Translations under genes and position numbers: made by a program
Shown here: positions 31,237-40,585 of the stretch, piece by piece
Position numbering within the stretch: the first letter of the stretch is position 1
Layout: each line of letters opens with the position of its first letter
Notes under the pieces: generated by a model
Databases searched by the model: none
What the model saw: the letters and a program-made list of their open reading frames with translations, nothing else
Told to the model about the DNA's origin: nothing
Origin: Obrimoposthia wandeli
Lineage: Eukaryota
Direction of reading: 5' to 3'
Assembly (NCBI GenBank): GCA_977020255.1
Contig: CDROCS010002735.1
Coordinates: forward strand, 248,001 to 312,000
Length of the DNA: 64,000 nt

Positions 31237-32088
31237 ATGACACAATCTTCTCCTTTGGTAAGTGCACACTGGCTTGATGAACACTTAAACGACGAGTCAT
31301 TACTTGTCTTGGATGCTAGTATCATTGATCTGCAATCTAACATCGATATCCCTACTATTGCAGGCAGTCAGGCATTTGATTACGCGAATGTCTTTTGTGA
31401 TCAACAGTCAACGCTGCCTAACACAATGCCCAGTACTGAACGCTTTACTGAACAAGCACAAAAAATGGGTATCAGCCAACACAACACTGTAGTTGTTTAC
31501 GATCAAAAAGGTCTATTTTATGCCCCTAGAGCATGGTGGATGTTCAAAACAATGGGCTTCGATAAGGTTTTTATATTAGCTGGCGGTTTACCTAAATGGC
31601 TTGCACTAGGGTATAAAACCCAAAAAACAGTCCTTTCTTCAGCTGCTAAAGGTACTTTTGTCGCCAAATTATCAGTGCATAGTTGGGTTGATAGTGCTTG
31701 TGTGCTAGCGGCAATCAGCGATAACGCTTGTACAAGTAGCCCATGCACGACTAAGCCGATAGTTATCGATGTTCGATCTGCAGCTCGGTTTAATGCTATA
31801 GAACCCGAAAGCCGAGCGGGATTGAGATCTGGACATATCCCAAACTCGGTCAACTTTCCCTTTACGACAATTGTTAATAATGGGGAGCTGATAGCAACGA
31901 ATGAGTTACAAGCCAAATTTGACGAACATATGCCTGATAAAAATAGTCATTATATATTTAGCTGCGGCTCAGGTGTTACCGCTTGCATCACTTTATTAGC
32001 CGCGGCAACCTTAGGCTATAAACACTTGGCTGTTTATGATGGATCTTGGACAGATTGGGGGAGCGATCATGACTTACCGATTAGTTAA
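31237..32088 (+). CDS. sseA: 3-mercaptopyruvate/thiosulfate sulfurtransferase (two-domain rhodanese)
   Basis: PLVSAHWL, FYAPRAWWMF, GLRSGHIPNS, active-site CGSGVTAC, C-terminal YDGSWTDW. Confidence 0.9.
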   Translation: MTQSSPLVSAHWLDEHLNDESLLVLDASIIDLQSNIDIPTIAGSQAFDYANVFCDQQSTLPNTMPSTERFTEQAQKMGISQHNTVVVYDQKGLFYAPRAWWMFKTMGFDKVFILAGGLPKWLALGYKTQKTVLSSAAKGTFVAKLSVHSWVDSACVLAAISDNACTSSPCTTKPIVIDVRSAARFNAIEPESRAGLRSGHIPNSVNFPFTTIVNNGELIATNELQAKFDEHMPDKNSHYIFSCGSGVTACITLLAAATLGYKHLAVYDGSWTDWGSDHDLPIS

Positions 32089-32171
32089 CAATCAACCGCT
32101 AAGTTAGTAACTTAAGCAGTCATCACTTTTAAACTAATTTGATGAAGGCGATTCGAAGACTGACACTGTTC

Positions 32172-33206
32172 TTAGTTATTTGACCTACTAACGGGCGTTA
32201 GTAATGCCTGCGCCTTTTCTCCAAACTCATCTTTGTGTTGTGCAACTTTTTGTAAGATTTTTTCAGCTCGCTTGCACAGTTTTAACTGCCGTAAACAAAG
32301 CCCTCTATAGTAGTTAATTTTAGAACTACTTTGTCCTAACTCTATTAATGCCTCTAAATGATTTAAAGCGACGGCTCCCTCACCCACTGCTAGCAAAGTA
32401 ATAGCTAAATCTAAGCGGCAATCATAGTTATTCGTCTCAAGTGCCAATTGCTGTTCAAAGTGAAAAACGGCTTTATTAAGCTGATTTTTAGCTAAATAGA
32501 CAAGCGCTAAATGTTTATGTGCATTACTATCTTTTTCATCAAGAAATAATGCCCGTTGCAACGCGTGCTCTGCCCTGATGTTTTCTTTAATTAAGAATAA
32601 GCTGATACCTAGGTAAACCCATGCTTGATTGATCGCTGAGCATTCGAAAATGGCGCTTGAGCTAATTTTAATCGCTTTTTGATACAAGCTAATTGCCTGA
32701 ATGTGCAAGCCTTGTAAACTGAGAGAAACACCCTGTTTTACCAGTAAATCAATATTATTAGGGGTAAGTTCTAGTGCTGTAGCCCAAGCTTGTTGTGCCT
32801 CGGGTAAATTACCAGTTAGTTGTAACATGCTGGCGAAAGTATCCCAACCTTGTACGCTTTCGCTATTAAGAGCTAACGCTTTGGTTAAATGCTCAAACCC
32901 TAGTACTGTTTTATTGGTTAGCACTAACACTTGTCCTAAATTAGTATGCGCCATACTAAAATAAGGATCGTAATTAATAGCTAACGTTAAGTGCTCTAAC
33001 GCTTTATCCCACCGCTGCTGTTGAGCATAAATAAAACCTAAATTATTATGTGCCAATGCGTTATTCGCGGCTAACGCTAGTGCATTGTGATAAGCCTGTT
33101 CCGCTTTTAACAGATTATTGTTCACATGGTATTTGACACCTAGCGTTATGTAGTTGTTTATTTTATTGCTCGTGTTTAAGCTATTCATCGCCGCTCCTGT
33201 TTCCAT
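32172..33206 (-). CDS. Tetratricopeptide-repeat protein
   Basis: Tandem TPR consensus (ALAHNNLGFIY, AHTNLGQVL, AWVYLGISL, AHKHLALVY, YYRGLCL). Its ATG overlaps the TAA of the DUF4157 gene at 33206. Confidence 0.88.
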   Translation of the reverse strand: METGAAMNSLNTSNKINNYITLGVKYHVNNNLLKAEQAYHNALALAANNALAHNNLGFIYAQQQRWDKALEHLTLAINYDPYFSMAHTNLGQVLVLTNKTVLGFEHLTKALALNSESVQGWDTFASMLQLTGNLPEAQQAWATALELTPNNIDLLVKQGVSLSLQGLHIQAISLYQKAIKISSSAIFECSAINQAWVYLGISLFLIKENIRAEHALQRALFLDEKDSNAHKHLALVYLAKNQLNKAVFHFEQQLALETNNYDCRLDLAITLLAVGEGAVALNHLEALIELGQSSSKINYYRGLCLRQLKLCKRAEKILQKVAQHKDEFGEKAQALLTPVSRSNN

Positions 33207-36200
33207 TATGCTATCCTGGCAATCAATCCTTTCATTAGCTGATCTGTATTAATATCTGGCACTTCAAATTCAACATCACTTACAGAGACATTAAAAGGCT
33301 CTCCTTCGTGGTAATGCACTGGCAGCTTGATACCAAAGCGATAATCTGATCCAAAAGTATAAGCGGCAAATTCCCAACGATTATCGTAAACACTCATGCC
33401 CAGTGCCCGCACATCAACATAGCCACCGATATCAAATGTAAAACTAGGTTGAGCACTAACCGCCACACTCGCGGTTAAATCAAGACCAGTAGCTGGTGTC
33501 CAATTCACGTTAACAGCCGCTTCAGCCGCCCCCGCTATCCCTAATGTGCCACCTATGTCTAGGCCCCCAGTGACGCTTGCTCCAGGTATACCCAAGCCTA
33601 TTCCAGCACGTACTGATAAGCGCAAGCCTGCATCTGTCGGAATATTTAAATGTGCTTCGCCGGTGATCGTGGTTTCTTCTTCTCGTGCGGGGTTGTAAAC
33701 AATACCTAAACGTAATTGATCTATAACGCCTGGACCAATGCCTGCTTGTGCAGATAGCCCTCCGCCAATTTCAGCGACAACTCCCGGAAAAAGAGGGGCT
33801 TGTACCGCGATATTAAATATTGATTTATCCAGCTGGTTACGGGCAAAGATCTCTAGTTCACTCGGCAATCCAATTTCACCGGTTACAGTAACTTCGCCAT
33901 TTGGAGAAAATTCAACACCTGCTTTGCCCTGTAGCCACGGCGCTATTTGTAATGTTAGCTCACCGCCGCCATAAACAATTAAAGGGTTACCCGCCGCTGC
34001 TTTTTCACTTAGCGCTCCCTCTTCAGTGACCGATCTATTGGTTACCCCTACTTGAATAGCTCCAGATAGCATCCCTCGTTCATAATCTGCCGCCACTTGT
34101 GCTGTAAAAGTACCATCATCATAACTGACTAATAAGTTTGAATTTAGCCCTGGGATATCCGGCTCTGCTTCACCAGAGGCTGCTAGTTCAAAACCGCTAC
34201 CATCTGCTTTTTCTATTAATGAAGCTGATATTACACCTCCTTTAATACCGGGAGTTTGCGATGAAAGCTCAAAGGTACCTTTAATAGCAAAGCCTTCTTC
34301 CTCACTTTGGGTTATCTCTAATCTGCCGCTTTCAACACCTGGCAATGCTAGTTGTGCTTCTCCTATTGCACTAAAGCCGTCCGTTTCACTGTATTCAACA
34401 TTGACGATTGCACTGCGAATACCTTTTATTTTCCCCTCAATAATGCTTAGCGTTCCGCCCATACTCCATTGCTCATCGGCATAACCCACCCGCACTTGTG
34501 CACTATTACCCTCACCAAAAATACGCTCATCAAAGTCAAATTCTCCACTGAGTTGTATATCACTCGAATCGTCAAAACCTGCTTCCCCATCTGCGGCTAA
34601 ACTCCCACTACCCAAATTGTCAATACCAAAATTTAGCAAGCCACTCATGAATAACCCACTGTTATTCATTCCTATTAATAAAGAGCTACTCCCTATACTA
34701 AAAGGTGCTGGTATTTTTATGTCTGCGGTCGAAAATTCCTTATAAATACTGAGCTCTTCACCGCTGAGAGAAAAGTTAATCGAGCTGTCTTTTATCAAGG
34801 GTAAAGTAGGTGTTATCAACCCTGTTATCATTATACCTCCAGCATTGATATCCACTTCCTCTACGCTTAATGGACTTAAACCAGGATAATCATTAAGCGA
34901 ATTTTTAACTTGCTTCTTAAGTGAATTTATATCAAATTTCCCACCCCAACTGATACCATCCATTGGTACAATATCCACAGGCCCCAAATCAGCAGGATCT
35001 ATTTGAGAGGGTAACCTTTGTTTTAATGCTACGCTTGGCACTTTTAAACGAATACTTCCCTGTTTGGTTTGTGCATCAAAATCAACTGCTACAATATCAA
35101 AGTTTCTCCTCTCTTGACCTCTAATCGAAGCTGTACTTAATTGATAATTATCAGCTCCTTCAAGCTTATTCAAGGCATAGTAGTAACCGCCGCTAGCACT
35201 TGGAAATATATGTATATTCTCGGCGTCTCCTGCCATGAAGCCGCTAGCATCAATTTCAGCCTGAGACATAGGTTCAAGCCCTTCTAAATGGACACCCGCT
35301 TTAATATGATCGCGGCTGTAGTATTGCTGTTTTCCTTTCACTGCGCTATAGGAACCAAGCTTTCCTCTGATAGGGTCAAAATATACAATATACTCGGATC
35401 TAGCAGTATCTATATCCGCAGGTGGATTAGCTACTTTATCTTGTATATGACTGACAAAAGAGGCCACTTTAGTACGTATTTCAGTACGTATCTCCCTTCC
35501 TGATTGACCATTGATAGGTCCATCCAGTAACCACATGTTTTCAAGTTTGTCCTCGCCTCCTGTTTGGTGTTCAACTTGGTGATCGACTTGAAACGCCGCG
35601 GGGGTACCGTCTCCTCGCCAAACAGGCCTTCGACAACGCTCTTGAATAGTGCGCTGGGTACCAAACAAGTAACTTTTGGATCTTTTGTACTTCAAGTAAT
35701 AAATAAATTTTCCCGCTTGTTCCGTACATTGTGCTCCGGCTAACTTTTCAACAACTTTAGCGTCCGCTTGTTCTTTAACATCGCTTTCCCAGATGGGTAT
35801 TTGAGTGGTATTGCGCTTCCCCCCTCCTGTTGATGCATTACGTCGCCAAGTAAGTAACCCATCAACTTTAATGCTAAACTGCGCTGCGCTATAAAAACCA
35901 TGCTTGAAAGTAGGCACTTTCAGGCCTATTATTTTTAACTGCTTACTGATTGTATCGATTTCTCCATCATTGTTTGAATAGCTTGCAGGTTTTGCTATTT
36001 CTTCACGCATCACCTTGGTATGTATCGTTTGGTTATTTTGTTGCACCACATGCGTAAGTTCATGTATTAGTAATTTTTTACCAGCAACACTTAATGGTGC
36101 AAACTCCCCCGCATTGAAAAAAACATCATTGCCTAAGGTAAAGGCCCTAGCGTTTAGCGCCTGGCATAACAAGGCTGATTCACTATCTGTGTGGATACTC

Positions 36201-36727
36201 ACCCGGGAAAAATCGTAAGACATCTGAGTAGCTAATTCGTCAACTAAGTTGCTACTGAGCGCTAGTCCCAAACCTTTTTTGGCTGCTATTTTGTTGGCAA
36301 CGTCATCGTTAATTAAATTGCCATCATTGTTTGAAGCTATATCACTGGCTTGTTGAACTTCATTATTGACACTCGGCGCTCTTTTAGCTTGCAACGATTG
36401 CGCCTGATCGCGCAAATCTTCAGGGGCTAACGCGCTTCTTTGAGCGGTGTCTATAAGATCAATATTGGCAGCTGAAGGCATGGCTATTACTTCTTCTGCT
36501 ACTTGATCTGCTTGTGTTTCTAAAGGATCATTTGCCTGACCGAGTTGTAATTTTTTTTGCAAATAAGCCGGCTGCAGTGTGCTACGTGAGACAGCCCTTG
36601 CGTCATCTTTTTGCTTCGCTTGATTAGCGGGTTGCGCGCTTTTGCGCGTTTGACTCAATCGATTATTAGCCGTGGGCTTAACGAGCGCTTGTGGCGCCAT
36701 TTTTGGCTTCCTTGTCTGTGTTTGCAT
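33206..36727 (-). CDS. DUF4157 (eCIS core domain) protein with internal HNH-like nuclease motif; candidate cargo/effector
   Basis: LQLGQANDPLETQADQVA...DFSRVSIHTD...ARAFTLGNDVFF...HELTHVVQQ (DUF4157 with HExxH); FQVDHQVEHQTGGEDKLENMWLLDGPIN (HNH-like); long Gly-rich beta-type C-terminal half. Confidence 0.8.
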   Translation of the reverse strand: MQTQTRKPKMAPQALVKPTANNRLSQTRKSAQPANQAKQKDDARAVSRSTLQPAYLQKKLQLGQANDPLETQADQVAEEVIAMPSAANIDLIDTAQRSALAPEDLRDQAQSLQAKRAPSVNNEVQQASDIASNNDGNLINDDVANKIAAKKGLGLALSSNLVDELATQMSYDFSRVSIHTDSESALLCQALNARAFTLGNDVFFNAGEFAPLSVAGKKLLIHELTHVVQQNNQTIHTKVMREEIAKPASYSNNDGEIDTISKQLKIIGLKVPTFKHGFYSAAQFSIKVDGLLTWRRNASTGGGKRNTTQIPIWESDVKEQADAKVVEKLAGAQCTEQAGKFIYYLKYKRSKSYLFGTQRTIQERCRRPVWRGDGTPAAFQVDHQVEHQTGGEDKLENMWLLDGPINGQSGREIRTEIRTKVASFVSHIQDKVANPPADIDTARSEYIVYFDPIRGKLGSYSAVKGKQQYYSRDHIKAGVHLEGLEPMSQAEIDASGFMAGDAENIHIFPSASGGYYYALNKLEGADNYQLSTASIRGQERRNFDIVAVDFDAQTKQGSIRLKVPSVALKQRLPSQIDPADLGPVDIVPMDGISWGGKFDINSLKKQVKNSLNDYPGLSPLSVEEVDINAGGIMITGLITPTLPLIKDSSINFSLSGEELSIYKEFSTADIKIPAPFSIGSSSLLIGMNNSGLFMSGLLNFGIDNLGSGSLAADGEAGFDDSSDIQLSGEFDFDERIFGEGNSAQVRVGYADEQWSMGGTLSIIEGKIKGIRSAIVNVEYSETDGFSAIGEAQLALPGVESGRLEITQSEEEGFAIKGTFELSSQTPGIKGGVISASLIEKADGSGFELAASGEAEPDIPGLNSNLLVSYDDGTFTAQVAADYERGMLSGAIQVGVTNRSVTEEGALSEKAAAGNPLIVYGGGELTLQIAPWLQGKAGVEFSPNGEVTVTGEIGLPSELEIFARNQLDKSIFNIAVQAPLFPGVVAEIGGGLSAQAGIGPGVIDQLRLGIVYNPAREEETTITGEAHLNIPTDAGLRLSVRAGIGLGIPGASVTGGLDIGGTLGIAGAAEAAVNVNWTPATGLDLTASVAVSAQPSFTFDIGGYVDVRALGMSVYDNRWEFAAYTFGSDYRFGIKLPVHYHEGEPFNVSVSDVEFEVPDINTDQLMKGLIARIA

Positions 36728-36779
36728 CGCCCTATCCTATTGATTTCTTGCTTGCTATTAACCTTTATCTTTTTAGCTC

Positions 36780-38882
36780 TTAATCCTTAACCCTTTGCCT
36801 ATATTGCTGTAGCTGCGCAGGAATCGCTTTTCCGGCTTTAGAATACTCATCAATTAAGCAGCTTAGTAGCACTTCTTTATCGATGGTATCCCCCGTTACG
36901 CCTTGATCAATTGCTGCTGCATTTAAAACAGCATTGCGAATATAACCACCAGCAAGCTCTGAGTGATGACTTAAAAATTGACAGAATTCATCCTTAGGTG
37001 CACGTGTGCCTAGGTGTTTCAGCCAAAGATGATAGCGCTGCTTTGCCTCTGGAATAGGAAATTCAATGACGGCATCTAAACGACGCGTAAAGGCGCTATC
37101 TATTCTGGTGCGCGCATTAGACGTTAAAATAACAATACCCGGATGATTTTCGATGCGACTGAGTAAGTAGTTGGTCAACATATTTGCAAAACGATCACCA
37201 CTTGATTCCCCTTGCGTTCTTTTACCAAAAAGTGCATCCGCTTCGTCAAACAGTAAAATAGCATCACCTACTGCAGCTTGATCAAGTGCAAGGCTGAGGT
37301 TTTTCTCGGTTTCACCAATATATTTATTCATTACGCTGGCTAAATCTAAACGAAACAAAGGAGCCGTTAAGGCAGTGGCGAGATAACTTGCTGCAAGAGT
37401 TTTGCCCGTGCCACTTTGTCCGTAAAACAATACTTTAACGCCTTTACTTGCGGTAATCTTTGCAGTACTGCCCAAGCCTTGATGCACGCTTTCTCGGCTT
37501 AAACAGCGACTAATCAATCTTTGTAACTGTTGTGCTACTTTGCTGGGGACCACTAAAGCATTGCTGTCAATTTGCCATTCTACTTTATGCGCCAGCTGCG
37601 CCAGTTTATTACCGCACATTGAGTATCTAGCATAGAGAATATCTTCAAGGCTAATCTTGCGCTGGTAGCGTTGGGCGTTAATCGCTGCTTCTTGCACTAT
37701 GATTCGAATGGCGTTTGCGGATAACAAGGCACTGCGCGCTAAAAAAAGTGCATCTAATATGCTGCTTGAATGAACTGATAATTGCTGTTTCCATTGTGCA
37801 TGGCGCTGCATCAAAGGAGCAGCACCAAGATTTATTTCAATTATTTTAGGCGAATCTACCTTTCCCTCACTGCCTAATAAAATAACAATGGGAATAGCAA
37901 AATGCTGTGCTAGCTTGATCTGTTGAATGCTATAACTCTCACTCGATGCTAGCTGCAACTCAACAACCGGTAGGTAATTGAAGTAATGACACGCTAATAA
38001 TGGCGAATCACTTGAGCTGAAATATTGGCTATCAAAATAGCGTAACTTCCGTTTTAAATGCTGGGCTATAAATAAGCTGATATTGTGAGCATCATCAGTG
38101 TCACCCCGTAATATCAATACATTGATAGTGCCTTTTTGTAGCAGTGTCATGATATTTGCAAGCTGTGCACACAAGGCGTCACTAATTAAATCGGCTTGGC
38201 ATTTGTCCGTTAAACTCGGCCGGGTTTCATAAGCTTGTAACCATTTGTAATCATTAGCTTTTATGTCATTATTATGTTCTGGCTTTTGATTACGAGCACT
38301 GGCCTGATGAGAATGGAGTATGAGCAGTGGCCAAAACTCATCCGCCAAGCTATAACTTGTTGTTACTAATACGTCTTCACTTGATATTTTTAGTATTTTT
38401 GCTGTCACTAATCTATGCTGTACTAGATGAATAATTGTCGTTTGCTTGAGTTGATCTAGAAAAATTGTCGATATTATTTTCAGTAATAAATGTGCGCTTA
38501 CTCGCGTACTCCCTATAGGTTTTTGTAGCTCGCTTAATGCTAAATTGATAGAAAAATTGTATTCTGATTCAGCTGTGAGTGCTAATACAAAGAACTCCCA
38601 AAGTTTTAAATCAAAATCATCAATCATCTTTTGTAAAGCGGGTTCAATTTGCAATTGATTAAAACTGATAGATTGCAGTTCATGTACGCCCTGCTCTACG
38701 GTTAAGTCCTTTATGCAGTTGTTTATATAAAATGACTGCAACAACTCTGCAAATATTGGCTCTGGTTTTGTTAGGACACTTAGTCCAAAGATCCCAATGA
38801 TGCCTTGTACCCACTCATTTATAGCCAGTTTAGTCGTCGGTTTTTGCTGTAAAGTTAACAAAGTTTCTAGGTTTTTACGCAT
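36780..38882 (-). CDS. eCIS AAA+ ATPase (Afp15/Pvc15-like)
   Basis: Walker A GQSGTGKT, RLDLASVMNKYIGETEKNL, Walker B LLFDEADALFGKR, AFTRRL. The ATG at 38882 overlaps the upstream stop and has an AAGG RBS (track start 38924). Confidence 0.9.
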   Translation of the reverse strand: MRKNLETLLTLQQKPTTKLAINEWVQGIIGIFGLSVLTKPEPIFAELLQSFYINNCIKDLTVEQGVHELQSISFNQLQIEPALQKMIDDFDLKLWEFFVLALTAESEYNFSINLALSELQKPIGSTRVSAHLLLKIISTIFLDQLKQTTIIHLVQHRLVTAKILKISSEDVLVTTSYSLADEFWPLLILHSHQASARNQKPEHNNDIKANDYKWLQAYETRPSLTDKCQADLISDALCAQLANIMTLLQKGTINVLILRGDTDDAHNISLFIAQHLKRKLRYFDSQYFSSSDSPLLACHYFNYLPVVELQLASSESYSIQQIKLAQHFAIPIVILLGSEGKVDSPKIIEINLGAAPLMQRHAQWKQQLSVHSSSILDALFLARSALLSANAIRIIVQEAAINAQRYQRKISLEDILYARYSMCGNKLAQLAHKVEWQIDSNALVVPSKVAQQLQRLISRCLSRESVHQGLGSTAKITASKGVKVLFYGQSGTGKTLAASYLATALTAPLFRLDLASVMNKYIGETEKNLSLALDQAAVGDAILLFDEADALFGKRTQGESSGDRFANMLTNYLLSRIENHPGIVILTSNARTRIDSAFTRRLDAVIEFPIPEAKQRYHLWLKHLGTRAPKDEFCQFLSHHSELAGGYIRNAVLNAAAIDQGVTGDTIDKEVLLSCLIDEYSKAGKAIPAQLQQYRQRVKD

Positions 38883-40551
38883 TATTCTTACCTTTATAAG
38901 CATCATCCGCGAGCAAATGGTCATCGTCTATATAATGGAAATTAACCACCAACCCAAGCCACGGGAGCCAAGTAGGATTTATATCTAAGCCAGCTATTCG
39001 TATATTGATATCGATGGCTGAATGATGAAAATAAACATCTAAATAGCCAGTACTGGTTAATGCTTTGCCATAGATTTGCAGCGCGTTACCCAGTGTTGCT
39101 AAAGAAGTGTTGCAGGTTTTCGATAGTGTATTTAACCACAGTGGCTCTTGAGAGAAATGACTAACTGTCGCCAATTCTTCAACCTTTACCAACTGTAACT
39201 TGTTCGCCAAAAAAACCTGCAGTGCACTATCAAGGGGTAGCTTTATCCCTCGACTCAATCGGTATAAGATATGCCAAGGGTTTAGTTGCTGCTCAATAAT
39301 AATCGCTTGATATTCCTCTTGTTTAAGGATGTTAATTAAGAAATAAAAACCAGCACTTTGAGTATAAAACTGTACGTCTTCTGCTCGACTAGAAGTATCT
39401 AATTGAGTAGGTAAATAACTTTTATTTGCTAATTCATAATCTGTTGTAAAACCCTGTTCCTCATTTTTAGAAGCCCGCTTTGGCCTTTCTAGAAGTGGCT
39501 TATTATCTGATAGCTTTGGTAATGTATTTTCAGTTTTGATAGCAACCTTTGCGCTTAATTCATAAATAGCCTGTCCGTTTTTGACAGCTGAGTTATTTGT
39601 GCTCTGCATCACTTCTGTTGATGCTATATTGTGATCAGTATCCACAGCCTCAACGGTAGCATCAATCAAGTTGGGCAATTCTGCTTTGTCTTGGTTTTCA
39701 GCTGGCTTAGTTGTAATTCTAGGTATCGCATTATCCCTATAGAAATAATTAAATAGTTGCTCAAACCACCGGTGCTGGTGCTGTGTGTTTAGCATTATTT
39801 GTGGGTTGTATTGCCATGCGAGTAGGATGATAAGTAAATGGCACAGCTCGCCATTATGAGAGTCAGATAAATGTTTATCGGCGTTGTTATTGAGTAATTC
39901 TTGATAGCTTTTTAATTGTGCGATTGGAACAGAATTTACAGCATGATTATGGCTTAACTTTTTGTAACTAAAGTTTTTTGTAGTCAAACCATCTGTTGTA
40001 AATATTGACCACTGTGTCTGTGCGTATATCGCCTGTGTTAACTCTTTTAAATCATTACGACCTAAACAATTTAAAACTTCGTGCGCTAAATGTCGTGCCA
40101 CCAACGCTTGCAGCAACTTAGGTAATTGCAATATACTTTGCAGTAAGCAATGCTTTATGGCCTGTCGCTTATCTAAGTGCGCTATATTCCAGCTCTGCCA
40201 ATACCATGCTTTATGACCATTGAGTAAATCGGTAATCAAGGCGAGTTCAAGTTCAAAACTATTAGTGAAGTAAACCGCCGCTGCGCTCTGAGCTTGCACA
40301 GATAAACCGGATACAGCGCTTGCTTTTAATTGCATTGCTTGGCTGGTTATTTTCTCTGCTATCGTTTGCCTAGTATCAGCCACATCCAGCTTTTTTATAA
40401 TCACTATATTGGTGTTATCAAATTGCGCACAAAGCTGTGTTTCTATCGCTAACAGGATTTGCTGCTTAAAATCGATATCACCTATTAGCTGCATTTTATC
40501 GATGAGTACATCATCAGTAGCGTTTCGAGAGAAGTTTAATACACTGGTCAT
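38875..40551 (-). CDS. Probable eCIS tape-measure protein (Afp14-like)
   Basis: Position just before the ATPase; helical N-terminus, low-complexity middle, and C-terminus SAGFYFLINIL...IRIAGLDINPTWLPWLGLVVNFHY recalling the xAGLxLL...LPW end of Afp14-family proteins. Confidence 0.55.
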   Translation of the reverse strand: MTSVLNFSRNATDDVLIDKMQLIGDIDFKQQILLAIETQLCAQFDNTNIVIIKKLDVADTRQTIAEKITSQAMQLKASAVSGLSVQAQSAAAVYFTNSFELELALITDLLNGHKAWYWQSWNIAHLDKRQAIKHCLLQSILQLPKLLQALVARHLAHEVLNCLGRNDLKELTQAIYAQTQWSIFTTDGLTTKNFSYKKLSHNHAVNSVPIAQLKSYQELLNNNADKHLSDSHNGELCHLLIILLAWQYNPQIMLNTQHQHRWFEQLFNYFYRDNAIPRITTKPAENQDKAELPNLIDATVEAVDTDHNIASTEVMQSTNNSAVKNGQAIYELSAKVAIKTENTLPKLSDNKPLLERPKRASKNEEQGFTTDYELANKSYLPTQLDTSSRAEDVQFYTQSAGFYFLINILKQEEYQAIIIEQQLNPWHILYRLSRGIKLPLDSALQVFLANKLQLVKVEELATVSHFSQEPLWLNTLSKTCNTSLATLGNALQIYGKALTSTGYLDVYFHHSAIDINIRIAGLDINPTWLPWLGLVVNFHYIDDDHLLADDAYKGKNNA

Positions 40552-40585
40552 ATTATTCCTTTAGCTCATCGCTTTATATTCGATC

